DNA from: Octopus sinensis
Taxonomy: Eukaryota
Direction of reading: 5' to 3'
Assembly (NCBI RefSeq): GCF_006345805.1
Contig: NC_043017.1
Span: 22,568,001-22,632,000 of the forward strand
Length of the DNA stretch: 64,000 bases
Part shown: positions 49,901-62,789 of the stretch, in pieces
Position numbering within the stretch: the first letter of the stretch is position 1
Layout of the letters: every line of letters begins with the position of its first letter
The notes under the pieces: model-generated
Databases searched by the model: none
What the model saw: the letters and a program-made list of their open reading frames with translations, nothing else
What the model was told of the DNA's origin: nothing
Program-made: the position numbers and the translations under genes

Positions 49901-50470
49901 GATAAGACTACTCAGGATATCAAAATTCAATAACAAGATCTTGGTGTTATCTAAATTACATATACTTGTTAGAATAGCTTCTAATATACCTCATCAATAA
50001 AATTAAGATTGGTTAAAGTTTGGACATTCTGGGAATAGACCTTGAAATAAGTTTATGGAATGAATTAGAAAACAGAAAGCTGTCATCATTAACATTTAAA
50101 AATTTCTTCCGCCAACACCACAGTACCATTACAAAAAAGATTTTTTTAAAAGAAACTAGACATAACTGTTCACTTTTAACCCCTTTGTCCTGTAACATTG
50201 CATGTGGTTCACAGAACACATTTCTCTAGTCTCCATGCAGTATTTATGACACACATTCCCAGTTTTTTCAAGCACCAAGATAGCTTGGGTCTTATGAAAG
50301 GAAAACTTCATTGAAACAAGGGCTGACTAAAAGTCTGAAAAAATGCATCGATGTTTTGAATAAACTTATGAAAATTCTTTGGACAGGCAAAGGGTTAAGC
50401 CATTCATCCATCCATCAACAGCGATATGAAGATGCTGTTTTACAGTAGTCTTGCTCTAAAGAGACCTTAA

Positions 50471-50705
50471 CTCTTTTGTTATCATGTTTCTGATAAAATA
50501 CACTGCTTGTGCTTAAATTAATTTTGAAAATAACAGAATTTAGGAAAATAACTTATGCATTACTAATCTGGCATTTGGAACTTAAATTAAAATGTATCTT
50601 GATAGAAGGGTTTAATTTAGATTTCCTTGAAGTAGGAAGTTTGACACTAAAACCAAGGGCAAGTTTGGGCAAGTTGTGCAACATTTGACCCGAGTATAAA
50701 ACTTG
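50471..50705. mobile_element. Degenerate piggyBac-type MITE of a second family
   Basis: Starts ttaa|ctctttt, resembling TTAA-CCC termini; the right end is eroded. Confidence 0.4.
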
Positions 50706-50913
50706 ACTGGTGCTACTGAGGGTTTTATTCTAAGGCAGAGGTTCTCAACCCTTTTTTTGCCTGTGGATCCCTTTGGTTTTTATTTTACTCTACTGGACCC
50801 TCATAGACATTTGATGTTTAAAAAATGCCTATTATTTTATTTTTTAATAATTAATTATTATTAGGAACTGTATAAAAGAATGTTAAAATATTTTGTTTAT
50901 TGTAGAAGTATAT

Positions 50914-51670
50914 TTTTACTTTTACTTGTTTCAGTCATTTGACTGCAGCCATGCTGGAGCACCACCTTGAAGGGTTTTAGTCAAACAAATCAACTCCAGG
51001 ACTTATTCTTTGTTAGCCTAGTATTTCTATTGGTCTCTTTTAACCGAGCCGCTAAGTTACTGGGACATAATCACATCAGCATCAGTTGTCAAGTGATGGC
51101 AGGGGGACAAATACAGACATGCACACATAAATATATATATATATGTAGATAAGGACAGATATGGCTTGTCTACAGAGATACTCTGGGTTTCACATCCATA
51201 AGGTGCTTAGCATCACAGCGTTTCTTCAGACCCTAAAACCCGTTGGCCAATGGCCTCATTCCATCTTCTGAGAGGCCACTTGCAAGAGAGGCTATAAGCC
51301 AACAGGTTTCAGGTTCTCAAGAAATGCTGTAAAGCTAAGCATTTTATGGACATAAAACCCAGGGTAACCCCATAGACAGGCCATATCCCTCTTTATTTAT
51401 ATACTCTACTGCTCTGTAACATAGTGTGCTTCTTTATTGGATTTATGATTTACCAACAATATCATCATCATCATCGTTTAACATACATATATAAATGTGC
51501 GTGTGTATATATATGATGGGCTTCTTTCAGTTTCTGTCTATCAAATCCACTCGCAAGGCTTTAGTCGACCTGAGGCTATAGTTGACATTTTCCCAAGGTA
51601 CCATGCAGCGGGACTGAACCCAGAATCATGTGGTTGGGAAGCAAGCTTCTTATCACACAGCCATACCTGC
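50914..51670 (-). mobile_element. SINE-A split within its microsatellite by a ~350-bp insertion
   Basis: 3' half at 50914-51143; 5' half at ~51495-51670. Confidence 0.8.
51144..51458. mobile_element. Candidate solo LTR (315 bp)
   Basis: Begins TGT and ends ACA; flanks atata / atatc; AATAAA and TATAAATA on the minus strand; a single discrete insertion. Confidence 0.4.
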
Positions 51671-52073
51671 ATCAATTTCACATAAACTTTAACAGCAAAA
51701 TCTTACTTGGACCCCTTCAAGAGTTATATGGACCCTGCTTGGGAACCAGTGTTCAGAGGCAATATACTTCTGTCATGTCACTGACTACCCATCCCTAATA
51801 ACTATAACTGGATGGGAGCAACCACTAGCAATAAACCAATACATCAGCAAATATATTAATAAACATAGAAAGTAATACAATGAAAATAAAAACTGAATGA
51901 GAAAAGCAAAAAAAAAAAAAAAGAAAAATGCAGTACACGTAACAGTGTTCAAGCATGGCCAGAACCAAAATGGGTTGAATGCACTGAAGAACTAAATGAT
52001 TAGATATACCTGTTGTTTCAATTCTTTGTTATTGTATAAAGATTTATGGTAAACCTCGTTTCTTTATAGTAGA

Positions 52074-52385
52074 CAGATCTATGTATTATTGTATACAAAT
52101 CTGTGTATTATTGTATACAGGCTTACATATTGTATGTGTGTGTGTGTATGAATGTATGTATATAGTTTTATATATCGACATTTACAGATCTATGTATTAC
52201 AGTAAGCAGATCTATTTTATTGTAAGCAGATATATGTATTATTGTATACAGATCTATGAATTACTGTATACAGATTTATATACCATTGAAAGCAGATCGC
52301 CGAATTATTGCATACAGATCTATTTATTATGGTATAGAGTCTATTTATTATTATATACAAATCTATGAATTATTGAATGCAAATA
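52074..52385 (+). repeat. Degenerate ~21-bp minisatellite (cagatctatgtattattgtata)
   Basis: Recurrent cagatctat…attattgtata units. Confidence 0.8.
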
Positions 52386-52514
52386 TTGCATACAGGTTTA
52401 GAACTTGATATTGGTAAAGGAGTTAATGTTATATGTGTTTGTAATGCACAGATCAAATAGATAGCAAAAATGCTTGATTTAAAATAACTTATCCCTTATA
52501 TGGGTATTTGTATT

Positions 52515-52652
52515 TATGTATGTATGTATGTATGTATGTATGTATGTACATATATTTGTGTGTATGTATTCATGTATGTGTATATATATACGACTAAGTA
52601 TGTGCATGTCTCCTCTCTCTCTCTCTCTCTCTCTCTAATTATATATATATAT

Positions 52653-52697
<45 letters not shown>

Positions 52698-52850
52698 ATA
52701 GATAGATAGATAGATAGATGGATAGATAGATGGATGGGTGGATGGATGGATATAGATAGATAGATAAGTAGACAGACAGGTAGGTAGGTAGGTAGGTAGT
52801 TAGATAGGTAGGGAGATAGATAGACAGACAGTGTGTGTGTGTGTGTGTGC
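52515..52850. repeat. Compound microsatellite (TATG/CT/TA/GATA/GGAT/GGTA/GT)
   Basis: Directly visible. Confidence 0.95.
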
Positions 52851-53659
52851 TGATCGTGCATATTGAATAACATAAACCACAAATAACCAAAAGAACTCCA
52901 AGCAGGCTAGCAAATTAATTGATGAGGTGTTTAAAAAATAGCTGAATGTTACTAATATATATTGTTGTTTCTATCCTCCAGTAGGTCATCAGTCATTCAG
53001 AACGTTATCAATTATTCCTATACACACACCTGTCAAGGCTACAAAAGAGTAAACAAAATAAGCAATCATGGCCAATGCATTACAGTAAGAGGAGAGATTA
53101 ATCTATAAAGCAAATACACTAAACAATAAAAATATATAAATGGGTAAGACGATCGTGGCAAAGAGGTCTTTGATCATAGAATAGATTTGTCATGGTTTTA
53201 GCTGGTTTGCTTTAACTAACATTCAAGTTTTGCTGATGTTAGTCTATTCTACTACACTAAAACTCGTTTATATGTTTGCCCTGTGTAATTAGTTTAAATT
53301 CAGTACATCATTTATTAATTCAACAAATAATAGTAACTGCAACAATTTAAATTGGAATTTAGATGATTGTATTTGACTTTAAACTGAGATGAAAGATGGT
53401 TTGGTGAAGAAGACAGTATATAAATCAATTCACTTAAACTGTCTTGTAAAGGACTACACACTCTAAAACTATATGTCATAGCAATGTTACTACACATGTA
53501 CCGTTGGCAATTTCTTTTCCATTTCTCCTTTCTGACAAAGAGCTATGCTCAAAATGTCAAACTCTCTCCTTTCACCAAGCATCATGTTAGTATATTTCTT
53601 GTGCACATCCTCACGTTTGTTTTTTCCTTTTGTTTTTGTTTTTTATCCGTTTATTTGAA

Positions 53660-53719
<60 letters not shown>

Positions 53720-55444
53720 TGTGTGTGTATGTGTGTTTGTGACATAAAATCTTTTTAATCTTTTCCGAAACAAATTTGAAAATAGAAACAAAGCCATACC
53801 ACTCTCAACATTCCTTTGAGAGCTCTAAAACAGAAATCAACACCAAAGTATAAAATGCAATAATATCCTGAGAGCTATCATCATCATTTAACATCCACTT
53901 TTTCCATGCTTGTATTGATCAGACAGAATTTGTGGGATTAGATTGCTTTATAGCTGGATGCCCTTCCTGTCAATAACCTTCACCTGTTTCCAAGTAAGGT
54001 AATGCCACCCCAGACATGTTTTCAATTCATAAGGTGTTTTCATGGTGAATCATTTTTCTATGCAATCATGTTTTAAGTTTCCTTCTCATTAAATGCTAGA
54101 AAAAAAGTCTTACAAAGTCTAAATTGAAGATTAACATTCTAGAATATCAAATTGTATAAACTTAAATTGGATTTTATCGGGTATGGATTTAAAACATTCT
54201 ATCAATACGTGTGTGTTATTCTGTGATTTGGCGCCAAGTTATCAAAAACAATTGATTTCAATACAAATGACTAAACAGATTTGTTGTGGAAAGCAACTAT
54301 TTGAAGTAACGGTGGTTTGAATCAACAATTAATCAAATTATAGCAAATTTTCAAAACATGGAAAATAAGTTAAAAGAAAAAAGTTGATTTTATTGCAATG
54401 TTTTATTAAGAATATCTTTGGTGAGGAGCGAAGGTTGAAGTGTTATATTGTGTCTATATGTGTGTGAAATTTATGTTTACGGTAAGAAAACCAGCGTAGT
54501 GTATGTTAATGCTTTTTATGTCCTTTATCAGAGCAGGTTCAAAATTGCAGGTAACTGAATCAATATTTGAATGTGGTACTGTATACTACTGTACAAAAGA
54601 CATTAACAGTTCAACCAAATTTCACAAAAGCATTATAATCTAACATTATGGAAAACTGCACATAAATGAAATAATCAACTACCTCAGTGTACTTTTGAAA
54701 TGATTCAGTGAGCCTTTTAAGATGCTTTGCACAATTTTTTAGTACTTCAATCAATCGTTTGTTGCATTTCAAAAAAGAAGAAAGATTTATGTAAAACACA
54801 ACAATCTAACACTTTTAAGAAAGAAATTATTTTAATAGTTACCATAATTCAATTAACAGTTGATTCAAAAAGCTATTGGATAAATTATTTCCTTTTTGCT
54901 TATAATTCATGTTTCTTTAATTTTTTTTTTTTTTTTTTTTTGTAAATTTTATTTCAATCAACTGTTTATATGCTCCGTTGAATAATTTGTAATGGTGATA
55001 CTAGTTGAAGGTTCTGAAATTATTCTAGCCTGTGTGTTTTTATTAATATTACCGCTGTCAGATTTTTTCTGGGTTTGATAAGTTGAATGGAGTGTTTCTT
55101 TTTGAAGCTGGGAATATAGTTTTCAAAAGTCCATATTCTTCCATTGTAAGAAACTTTTTCTTTTAAATTTCTACATCTCTCCCACACTGTGACCTATTTC
55201 AATTTTTCCCATTAAAAGTTCTACAAACCCACATATTTCAACCATATTGAACACCACAAAATACATATGAACAAGTTTTTAATGTACGTCTTGTACAGAT
55301 GTTTATATGAACATGCATCCCAATGAGCTTATCCATGCTTGGAAGAACATTTGTATATATATGAGAAGAGGACAGTGTGTTCAAGCGTGACTGAAAATAT
55401 GAACGAATGCATGAAAGTACTCACATTATAGAAATTTACAAAAG

Positions 55445-55720
55445 CATGTACACGCACATACATGCACACACAAAACACACACACATACATGCACACACAA
55501 AACATACACGCATACATGCATACACACATACATATATGCATGCATACACACATGCCCACACAAGCACACATGCATGCACACACACACATACATGCACACA
55601 CGCATGCACAGACAAACACATGCACACACATGTGCACACACATACATGCACATGCACACACACAAGCACACATGCACACACACACACATAAATTTACACA
55701 TGCATGCACATACACATATT
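55445..55720. repeat. CA/CATG-rich microsatellite
   Basis: Directly visible. Confidence 0.9.
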
Positions 55721-55740
55721 GCAAAATCTAGCTTTCAGTA

Positions 55741-55926
55741 TCTGTGTGTCTGTCTGTCTTTGTCCCCATCACTGCTTATATATATATATATATATATATA
55801 TATGACAGGCTTCTTTCAGTTTCCATCTACCAAATTCTAGTAGCAGACACTTACCCAAGGTGCCACACCATGGGACTGAACCCGGAACCAAGTGGTTGGG
55901 AAGTAAGCTTCTTACCACAGCCATGC
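55741..55926 (-). mobile_element. SINE-A 5' part with an internal deletion
   Basis: aggcttctttcagtttccatctaccaaatt|ctagtagcagacacttacccaagg…accacagcc. Confidence 0.8.
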
Positions 55927-56085
55927 CGTGCATGCTAATTTTCATGAGGTTTTTTCCTTTTTTTTTAGTACCCTCCACCCCTGTTATTGCCTCAAAAATT
56001 AAATAAAAACACTCTAAAAGAAGTCTTCCCTCATTACATTCATGTTTTGACTGCAATTGTTTCTTTTTCCTTACCCCTAGGTTAA

Positions 56086-56305
56086 CCCTTTAGCATTCTG
56101 ATTATTCTGCCAAATCCACTGCTTATTAATTCACACTGATTTGAATTAATCTTGGATTATTTTGCAGCTTTGAGATTTCTATGATGTGATTGGTTATTTT
56201 TAAAATGAAATTGCAAGGTAGGTGTGAGAGGCTGGATCTGGTTAGTTTGAAAATTAAACAAATAGAATGTTGGGGTTGGATATGGCAGGTTTAAGTGCTA
56301 CAGGG
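56086..56305. mobile_element. piggyBac-type MITE with TTAA TSD
   Basis: TTAA|ccctttagcatt … agtgctacaggg|TTAA (56082-56085 and 56306-56309). Confidence 0.85.
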
Positions 56306-57349
56306 TTAATGTGATAGGTCTATGCAGAGAGACAGTTGATAATGTTATTTTTTTTCTTTTTTTCTTTTTACAGTCTTTCAGAGGAAGAATACAAATATGT
56401 ATAGCATTTAATCGTTCTTTTAAATACTTTATATGTCATGGATAAAGGATTATAACTTTATCATTTTTATATAATGTAGTGAACCAAGAAGAATTTTTCA
56501 TTAATTAATACTACACTTGTTAACAAGAAGTAATTAGCATTAATGCTAGTTCTTTTTAGTGGAGGTCAGGGAAAGAACTCCAAAATTTATATTGATTAAA
56601 AATTAATTGGAAATATCTTTTAAGTTTGATCTTTGGTAAATACAGTTAGTACTCTGGAGATATTTTGGTGTGTGTGTGTGTGAGAGAGAGAGAGAAGGAG
56701 AGAGAGAGTGCACGGGTGCATGGAGACATTCACACAGAGGCAAACCATTACAATCAATACAGCTATATTACTTCATTTGACCAGAAACTTAACATCCCTG
56801 TAACACACACACACACACTCACAGAGCTTCATCTGGACCTTTGAATACAAGATGATCTACACACTAATTAAAATTTAAGATGAACAATTGTCAAACAGCA
56901 ACAATGGAAACATTTAGATAATCATTAGCAACTTGAGTCACTGAAGTAATTTTGTTAATTAGAATTTCAGGGTTGGGAAGATAATCCTCCTTTTATTTAC
57001 TTGTAATTATTTTTGTGGAATGGTTATTGGAAATTAAACTGCAAGATTGATTTCGGAATTGTATTGTTTTGTCTCTTACTACTTCCAGTGATTTGCCTGT
57101 GGAGACAGCACTTATTCCAAACATCAATACTAACAAACAAAACATTGACAGACATTTCGCTAATAACTGAGTGGTTAAGATACTAAACTCTTGGTTCCTG
57201 ATTAATTAATCTCTGTCCCACTTTGAATGTATTATATGACATTCTGTACTTAGTTGGCTGGGTCAGATTGTTGCTGTTTTCAGTGACAAGATGCATTGAA
57301 GTGTGTATACTGAAAAATTAATATAGATCCCTGAAGAGAGAGGAGTATG

Positions 57350-57900
57350 AGAGTGAGGTGAGAATAGAGGTTTGCTTTATCATTCACTATTTGGAGGAGA
57401 TGGCAAGGATACTGTTTAGACAACTGCCTTGTTGGATTGGAGCAATTAGATTTCTTGGAAAAAGGGTGTGTGTGGAAACTGGATGGTTAAACTGGAAACG
57501 CAGAAAAAGAAAGTATGGGAAGAGTTTTGTTGGGTATGAGTAGCATGAAGTCAGAAACAAAGCAGAGGGTAAAAATGGAGACTTTTTCAAAGAGAAAGTT
57601 GATAATTGAACCATTTTAGTTCAGGAATGGTGGATAGGGCGATTCTGTGACAGTGAGAGAGAACATGCAATTTTTGCATTGAGAAAGCATGCAGGGTTAT
57701 GTGATACACGAAGATATTCTAATGGTAGTTTTACAGCATTGCAGTTTTAGGTAGAAGCTTTTCATGCAATTTGTCAATCATTTTGGTCTATGTTGGACAT
57801 TACTAAGCTATGCTGTTAATGTTAAGTTGATGATGAATTGTTGAGATTAAATGCTATAGTTAAAATAGAAGAAATAAAATATAGTTTGATGGTCTAATGG
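57350..57900 (-). pseudogene. Decayed LINE (CR1/Jockey-like) RT fragment
   Basis: Minus frame HPFSKKSNCSNPT resembles the RT N-terminal motif PIPKKGDxSxPxNYRPI; disrupted by stops. Confidence 0.45.
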
Positions 57901-58084
57901 ACGAAACAAAAGTATGTAACCAGTTCCTTATCCTCCTACCAAGCAATAGATATATAGCTTGATTTAAATCATCAGAGGTGCTGCTCTTTCTAACTTGAAC
58001 TGGTACTTAGAGTGTCAAAGCATTTTGAAACAGAACCATTTCCCATATTTCATAAATTCTAAATCTACCATGAATGTATTGATA

Positions 58085-58205
58085 TCTTGTATCCAAAAGG
58101 GTAAAGACCTCCTTCAGTCATGAATGACCATGGGATTGCACCTAGAAAGTTACCCTCCGAGGCACAAGTCCTGGTAAGGTTGTTTATGGAAAACCATTAG
58201 TCACC
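58085..58205 (-). mobile_element. Retroposon 3'-end-like fragment; related end at 40990-41035 (+)
   Basis: Minus-strand gcaatcccatggtcattcatgactgaaggaggtctttacccttt matches plus-strand atcccatggtcattcacgaccaaaggggctctttacctttt at ~40995. Confidence 0.55.
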
Positions 58206-58216
58206 CATGTATATAT

Positions 58217-58618
58217 ACTCTTTACTTGTTTCAGTCATTTGACTGTGGCCATGCTGGAGCACCGCCTTTAGTCGAGCAAATCGACCCCGGGACTTATTCT
58301 TTGTAAGCCCAGTACTTATTCTATCGGTCTCTTTCGCCGAACCGCTAAGTTACGGGGATGTAAACACACCAGCATCGGTTGTCAAGCAATGCTAGGGGGA
58401 CAAACACAGACACACAAACATATACACACACACTTATATATATATACATATATACGACAGGCTTCTTTCAGTTTCCGTCTACCAAATCCACTCACAAGGC
58501 ATTGGTCGGCCCGGGGCTATAGCAAAAGACACTTGCCCAAGATACCACGCAGTGGGACTGAACCCGGAACCATGTGGCTGGTTAGCAAGCTACTTACCAC
58601 ACAGCCACTCCTGCGCCT
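58217..58618 (-). mobile_element. SINE-A, full length, young
   Basis: actctttacttgtttcagtc…cagccactcctgcgcct. Confidence 0.9.
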
Positions 58619-58637
58619 ATATATATATATATATATA

Positions 58638-58819
58638 TCATCATCATCATCATCGTTTAACGTCCGTTTTCCATGCTAGCATGGGTTGGACGATTTTGAC
58701 TGAGGGCTGGTAAACCAGATGGCTACACCAGGCCCCAATCTTGATCTGGCAGAGTTTCTACAGCTGCATGCCCTTCCTAATGCCAACCACTCCGAGTGTA
58801 GAGGGTGCTTTTAATGTGC

Positions 58820-58821
<2 letters not shown>
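58638..58821 (-). mobile_element. Element C 3' end
   Basis: catcatcatcgtttaacgtccgttttccatgctagc…gggtgcttttaatgtgcca. Confidence 0.85.
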
Positions 58822-58860
<39 letters not shown>

Positions 58861-58870
58861 TATATATATA

Positions 58871-60018
58871 CAAGGTGGTATCAAAACATTCCCACACAAG
58901 TTATGTTTAGTAAAAATATAATTTCTTTACCTCAGTTTTAATAGCATCTCCTTTGAAATACACCAATACACGTGCATAGCAATACACTGGTCCCAGCGTT
59001 CCTGCCACTTTGGGATTCTGGCCTGGAAGTCATTTTCCGTGAGTTGAAGACCTTCTGCAATTCACTCTTGACCTTGACAATGGTGCTAAAACGGTAACCT
59101 TTGAGCTGCATTTTCCTCTTGGGAAAGAGATGGAAGCCTGCAGGTTCTAAACCTGGTGAATAAGGTGGGTGCAGAAGTAATACTATAAAGGCAGCAAGCT
59201 GGCAGAAACATTAGCACACGGGGCGAAATGCGTAGCCGTATTTCATCTGTCGTTACGTTCCGAGTTTAAATTCCGCCGAGGTCGAATTTGCCTTTCATCC
59301 TTTCAGGGTCGATAAATTAAGTACCAGTTACGCACTGGGGTCGATATAATCGACTTAATCTGTTTGTCTGTCCTTGTTTGTCCCCTCTGTGTTTAGCCCC
59401 TTGTGATTAGTATAGAAATAAATACTATACTGTTTTGGTGAGAAACTCACGAGTGAGGGGAGCTTGGAGACATGGTGAGTTGTCATCATGAAGAATCCAA
59501 TTTTTCATGCTTCACAGATCTGGTGCCCCCTCAAGTGCTTCAAAACGTTGCCATAGAACTCTCAATTGACACCCTGGGAGATGAATTTTCAATGCACAAT
59601 ATAGCATTTTCAGTGATGCCACTTGTGGCAGGGCTTTCAGCTCACTCCTTGTCTTCCAGGGATGTATGTTCTTCTTATTTTGAAGCATTTGTGCCACTCA
59701 AAAACAATGCATTTGACCCATTGCCTCATCACCATAAGCTTGCTGAAGCATGCTCAATGTCTCTGAACCAGACTTCCCAGGTTTAAGACAAAATTTCATG
59801 TTGTTTCTTTCTTACTATCCATGACAAAATCACAGCCTACAGCAAATACGTGGTCACAAAAACCCAAATTTCACAACTTGTGAAGTAAACACAGTGATAT
59901 CACTCAGCACACTGCCTCATGAAGATCACAGTTAGCTCTCACTGTGCATGCAACCATGTGCTGTCATCTCTTGGTTGCACTACAGAAGCAGTTCAGAAAC
60001 TTTTTGATATCACCTCAA
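58871..60018 (-). mobile_element. Decayed mariner transposon with transposase fossil, interrupted by SINE-B
   Basis: TIRs TA|caaggtggtatcaaaacatt and aaactttttgatatcacctc. Minus-strand fragments LSMLQQAYGDEAM (N-terminal HTH), WILHDDNSPC (HHDNA motif), and HPPYSPGLEPAGFHLFPK (YSPDL motif) after removing the SINE. Confidence 0.92.
59188..59420 (+). mobile_element. SINE-B, full length, 9-bp TSD, inside the mariner ORF
   Basis: TSD AATACTATA at 59179-59187 and 59421-59429. Confidence 0.92.
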
Positions 60019-60139
60019 TATATATATATATATATATATTTGAAATAATAAGAGTGAAAAATTGAATATTAATTTGATTAATATCAATTTAAAACCTGTG
60101 GTCTAGCCTAATTAAAATTCTGAAGTTTCAGAAAAAAAA

Positions 60140-60205
60140 TATATTGTATACATATAAAAGGGATGACCTGTAAGTGGACATCCCTTTTATATGTATGTAA
60201 TATAT
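60140..60205. repeat. 66-nt hairpin / inverted repeat
   Basis: tatattgtatacatataaaagggatg-acc-tgtaagt-gga-catccccttttatatgtatgtaatata. Confidence 0.9.
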
Positions 60206-60825
60206 ATATGAAAGAACAACTTTGTCAAAAGTGCACCTAGTTTTGATCTTAAGAAGCAATATAATAAACTATAAAATCATTTTAAAGGTATTAAAAAAAA
60301 GGAACCAAACCTTATAACTAAGGTAACAATGGTTGTGATCTTTGCCATGCTGAAAACATTAATATTTTGTTCCATAGACATTCAGACACGAACACCAGTT
60401 CAGAACCAATATCTTTTAGGTGCCATAAATCAAAATATTTCCTGAGACATTTTAAAGTGCCTAATGCTTGAACATTAGACAGCCTCGTATCATAATTTTC
60501 TTTCCAAATAAATCAAACATTTCTTCTTTTGTTAGTGTGAACATTTAAAATTTTTTATCATGACAAATCAGAATTTTTCAGTGAACTATTCCAGAATGCC
60601 AAGAAAACCTCAAACTGCCTTGTAGAATATTGCTGTGTGGCTTTCTATGTCAATATGAATAATTAACAATTTTATTCATTTTTTTTTATTTTTGTCCAAA
60701 ATTTAAGATCATTTGATTATTTGTATTTCTTTTATTTATTTATTTATTTTTTATTTTTTTTGCTTTGGTGTCAGAATGATGTGAAACTTACAGCTGCATT
60801 TGATGAAGTTTCAGTTTTCAGCAAT

Positions 60826-60866
<41 letters not shown>

Positions 60867-61046
60867 ATACATATATATATATATACATACATATATACAT
60901 ACACATATATATATATATACATACATATATACATACACTATATATATATCTACATATATATATTATATACATACATATATACATACACATATATATATAT
61001 ACATACATATATACATACACATATATATATATATATATATACATAC

Positions 61047-61089
<43 letters not shown>

Positions 61090-61133
61090 CATATATATAC
61101 ATATATATATATATACATACATATATACATACA

Positions 61134-61170
<37 letters not shown>

Positions 61171-61289
61171 CATATATACATACACATATATATATATACA
61201 TACTATATATATATACATACATATAATACATACACATATATATATATACATACATATATACATACACACATTATATATTATATACATAC

Positions 61290-61324
<35 letters not shown>

Positions 61325-61681
61325 CATACATATATATACATATATATATATATATACATACATATATACATACACATATATACATATATATAATATATAC
61401 ATACATATATACATACACATATATATATATATATACATACATATATATACATATATATATATCATACATACATATATATACATATATATATATATACATA
61501 CATATATATATATATACATACATATATATATATACATACATATATATATACATACATATATATATATATAATACATATACATATATATACTACATATACA
61601 TATATATATATATATATATATACATACATATATCTACATACATATATATATATATATATATATACATACATATATACATAC

Positions 61682-61743
<62 letters not shown>

Positions 61744-62218
61744 TATATATATATATATATACATACATATATATACATCATATATATATATATATATATA
61801 TACATACATATATATACATATATATATATATATACATACATGTATATACTATATATATATACATATATATATATACAATATATATATACATATATATATA
61901 TACATACATATATATACATATATATATATATATACATACATATATATACATATATATATATTACATACTATATATACATATATATATATATACATACATT
62001 TATATACATATATATATATATATACATACATATATACATATATATACATATATATATATATACATACATATATATCATATATATATACATACATATATAC
62101 ATATATATATATATACATATATATATATACATATATATATACATATATATATACATACATATATATACATATATATATACATATATATATACATAATATA
62201 TACTATATATATACATAC

Positions 62219-62255
<37 letters not shown>

Positions 62256-62304
62256 CATACATATATATATACATACATATATATATACATATATATATAC
62301 AGAC

Positions 62305-62368
<64 letters not shown>

Positions 62369-62389
62369 TACATATATATATATATATAT

Positions 62390-62421
<32 letters not shown>

Positions 62422-62422
62422 G
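60826..62422. repeat. 1.6-kb TA/CATA compound microsatellite
   Basis: Directly visible; source of the spurious 491-aa Y/I/H/T ORF. Confidence 0.97.
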
Positions 62423-62424
62423 TA

Positions 62425-62700
62425 GGTCCCGGTTGACCAGGGTTAACCACAGTAAGTAAGGTACTCATATACATAGCAGAGTAAAATTAATATTTATTAT
62501 ATGAAGGAGCTTCTACAGGACTAGTACTGTTTCATTCAAGAGAAATCTTCAGGAAGATTTAACAAGAATTGTATTAGCATTTATACATTAGGCAGGTTTA
62601 AGGAGTGGTGGTGGGGGACTTTTTTGGGGTAGGCATAGCGCAATATCATACTTGGGGGAGTGGTCAGGAGTCAGTGGTAAGTTAGGTGAAAGAATAGATA
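62425..62700 (-). mobile_element. Penelope-like terminal fragment (tentative)
   Basis: Minus strand …cttcCTGAAGAtttctcttgaatGAAACagt…cataTAATAAA: a hammerhead-like core followed by a polyA signal, the layout typical of Penelope pseudo-LTRs. Inference. Confidence 0.45.
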
Positions 62701-62786
62701 AATAAAAAAATAAAAAAATAAAAAATAAAAAATAAAAAATAAAAAATAAAAAATAAAAAATAAAAAATAAAAAAATAAAAATAAAA
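62695..62786 (+). repeat. (AAAAAT/AAAAAAT)n repeat
   Basis: Directly visible. Confidence 0.95.
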
Positions 62787-62789
62787 TGT

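Larger units (their letters stand above)
50736..51751. mobile_element. hAT-type MITE expanded by nested insertions
   Basis: cagaggttctcaacc … gggaaccagtg; degenerate TSD ttctaagg / ttcagagg; same family as 16190-16664. Confidence 0.7.

Noticed and set aside
60721-62196. 491-aa ORF and the many overlapping Y/I/H/T/C/V/M-rich ORFs here and at 5.4, 20, 28, 32, 55.5 and 63 kb
   Set aside because: These are translations of TA/CA microsatellites, which lack stop codons in several frames; there is no protein-like complexity.
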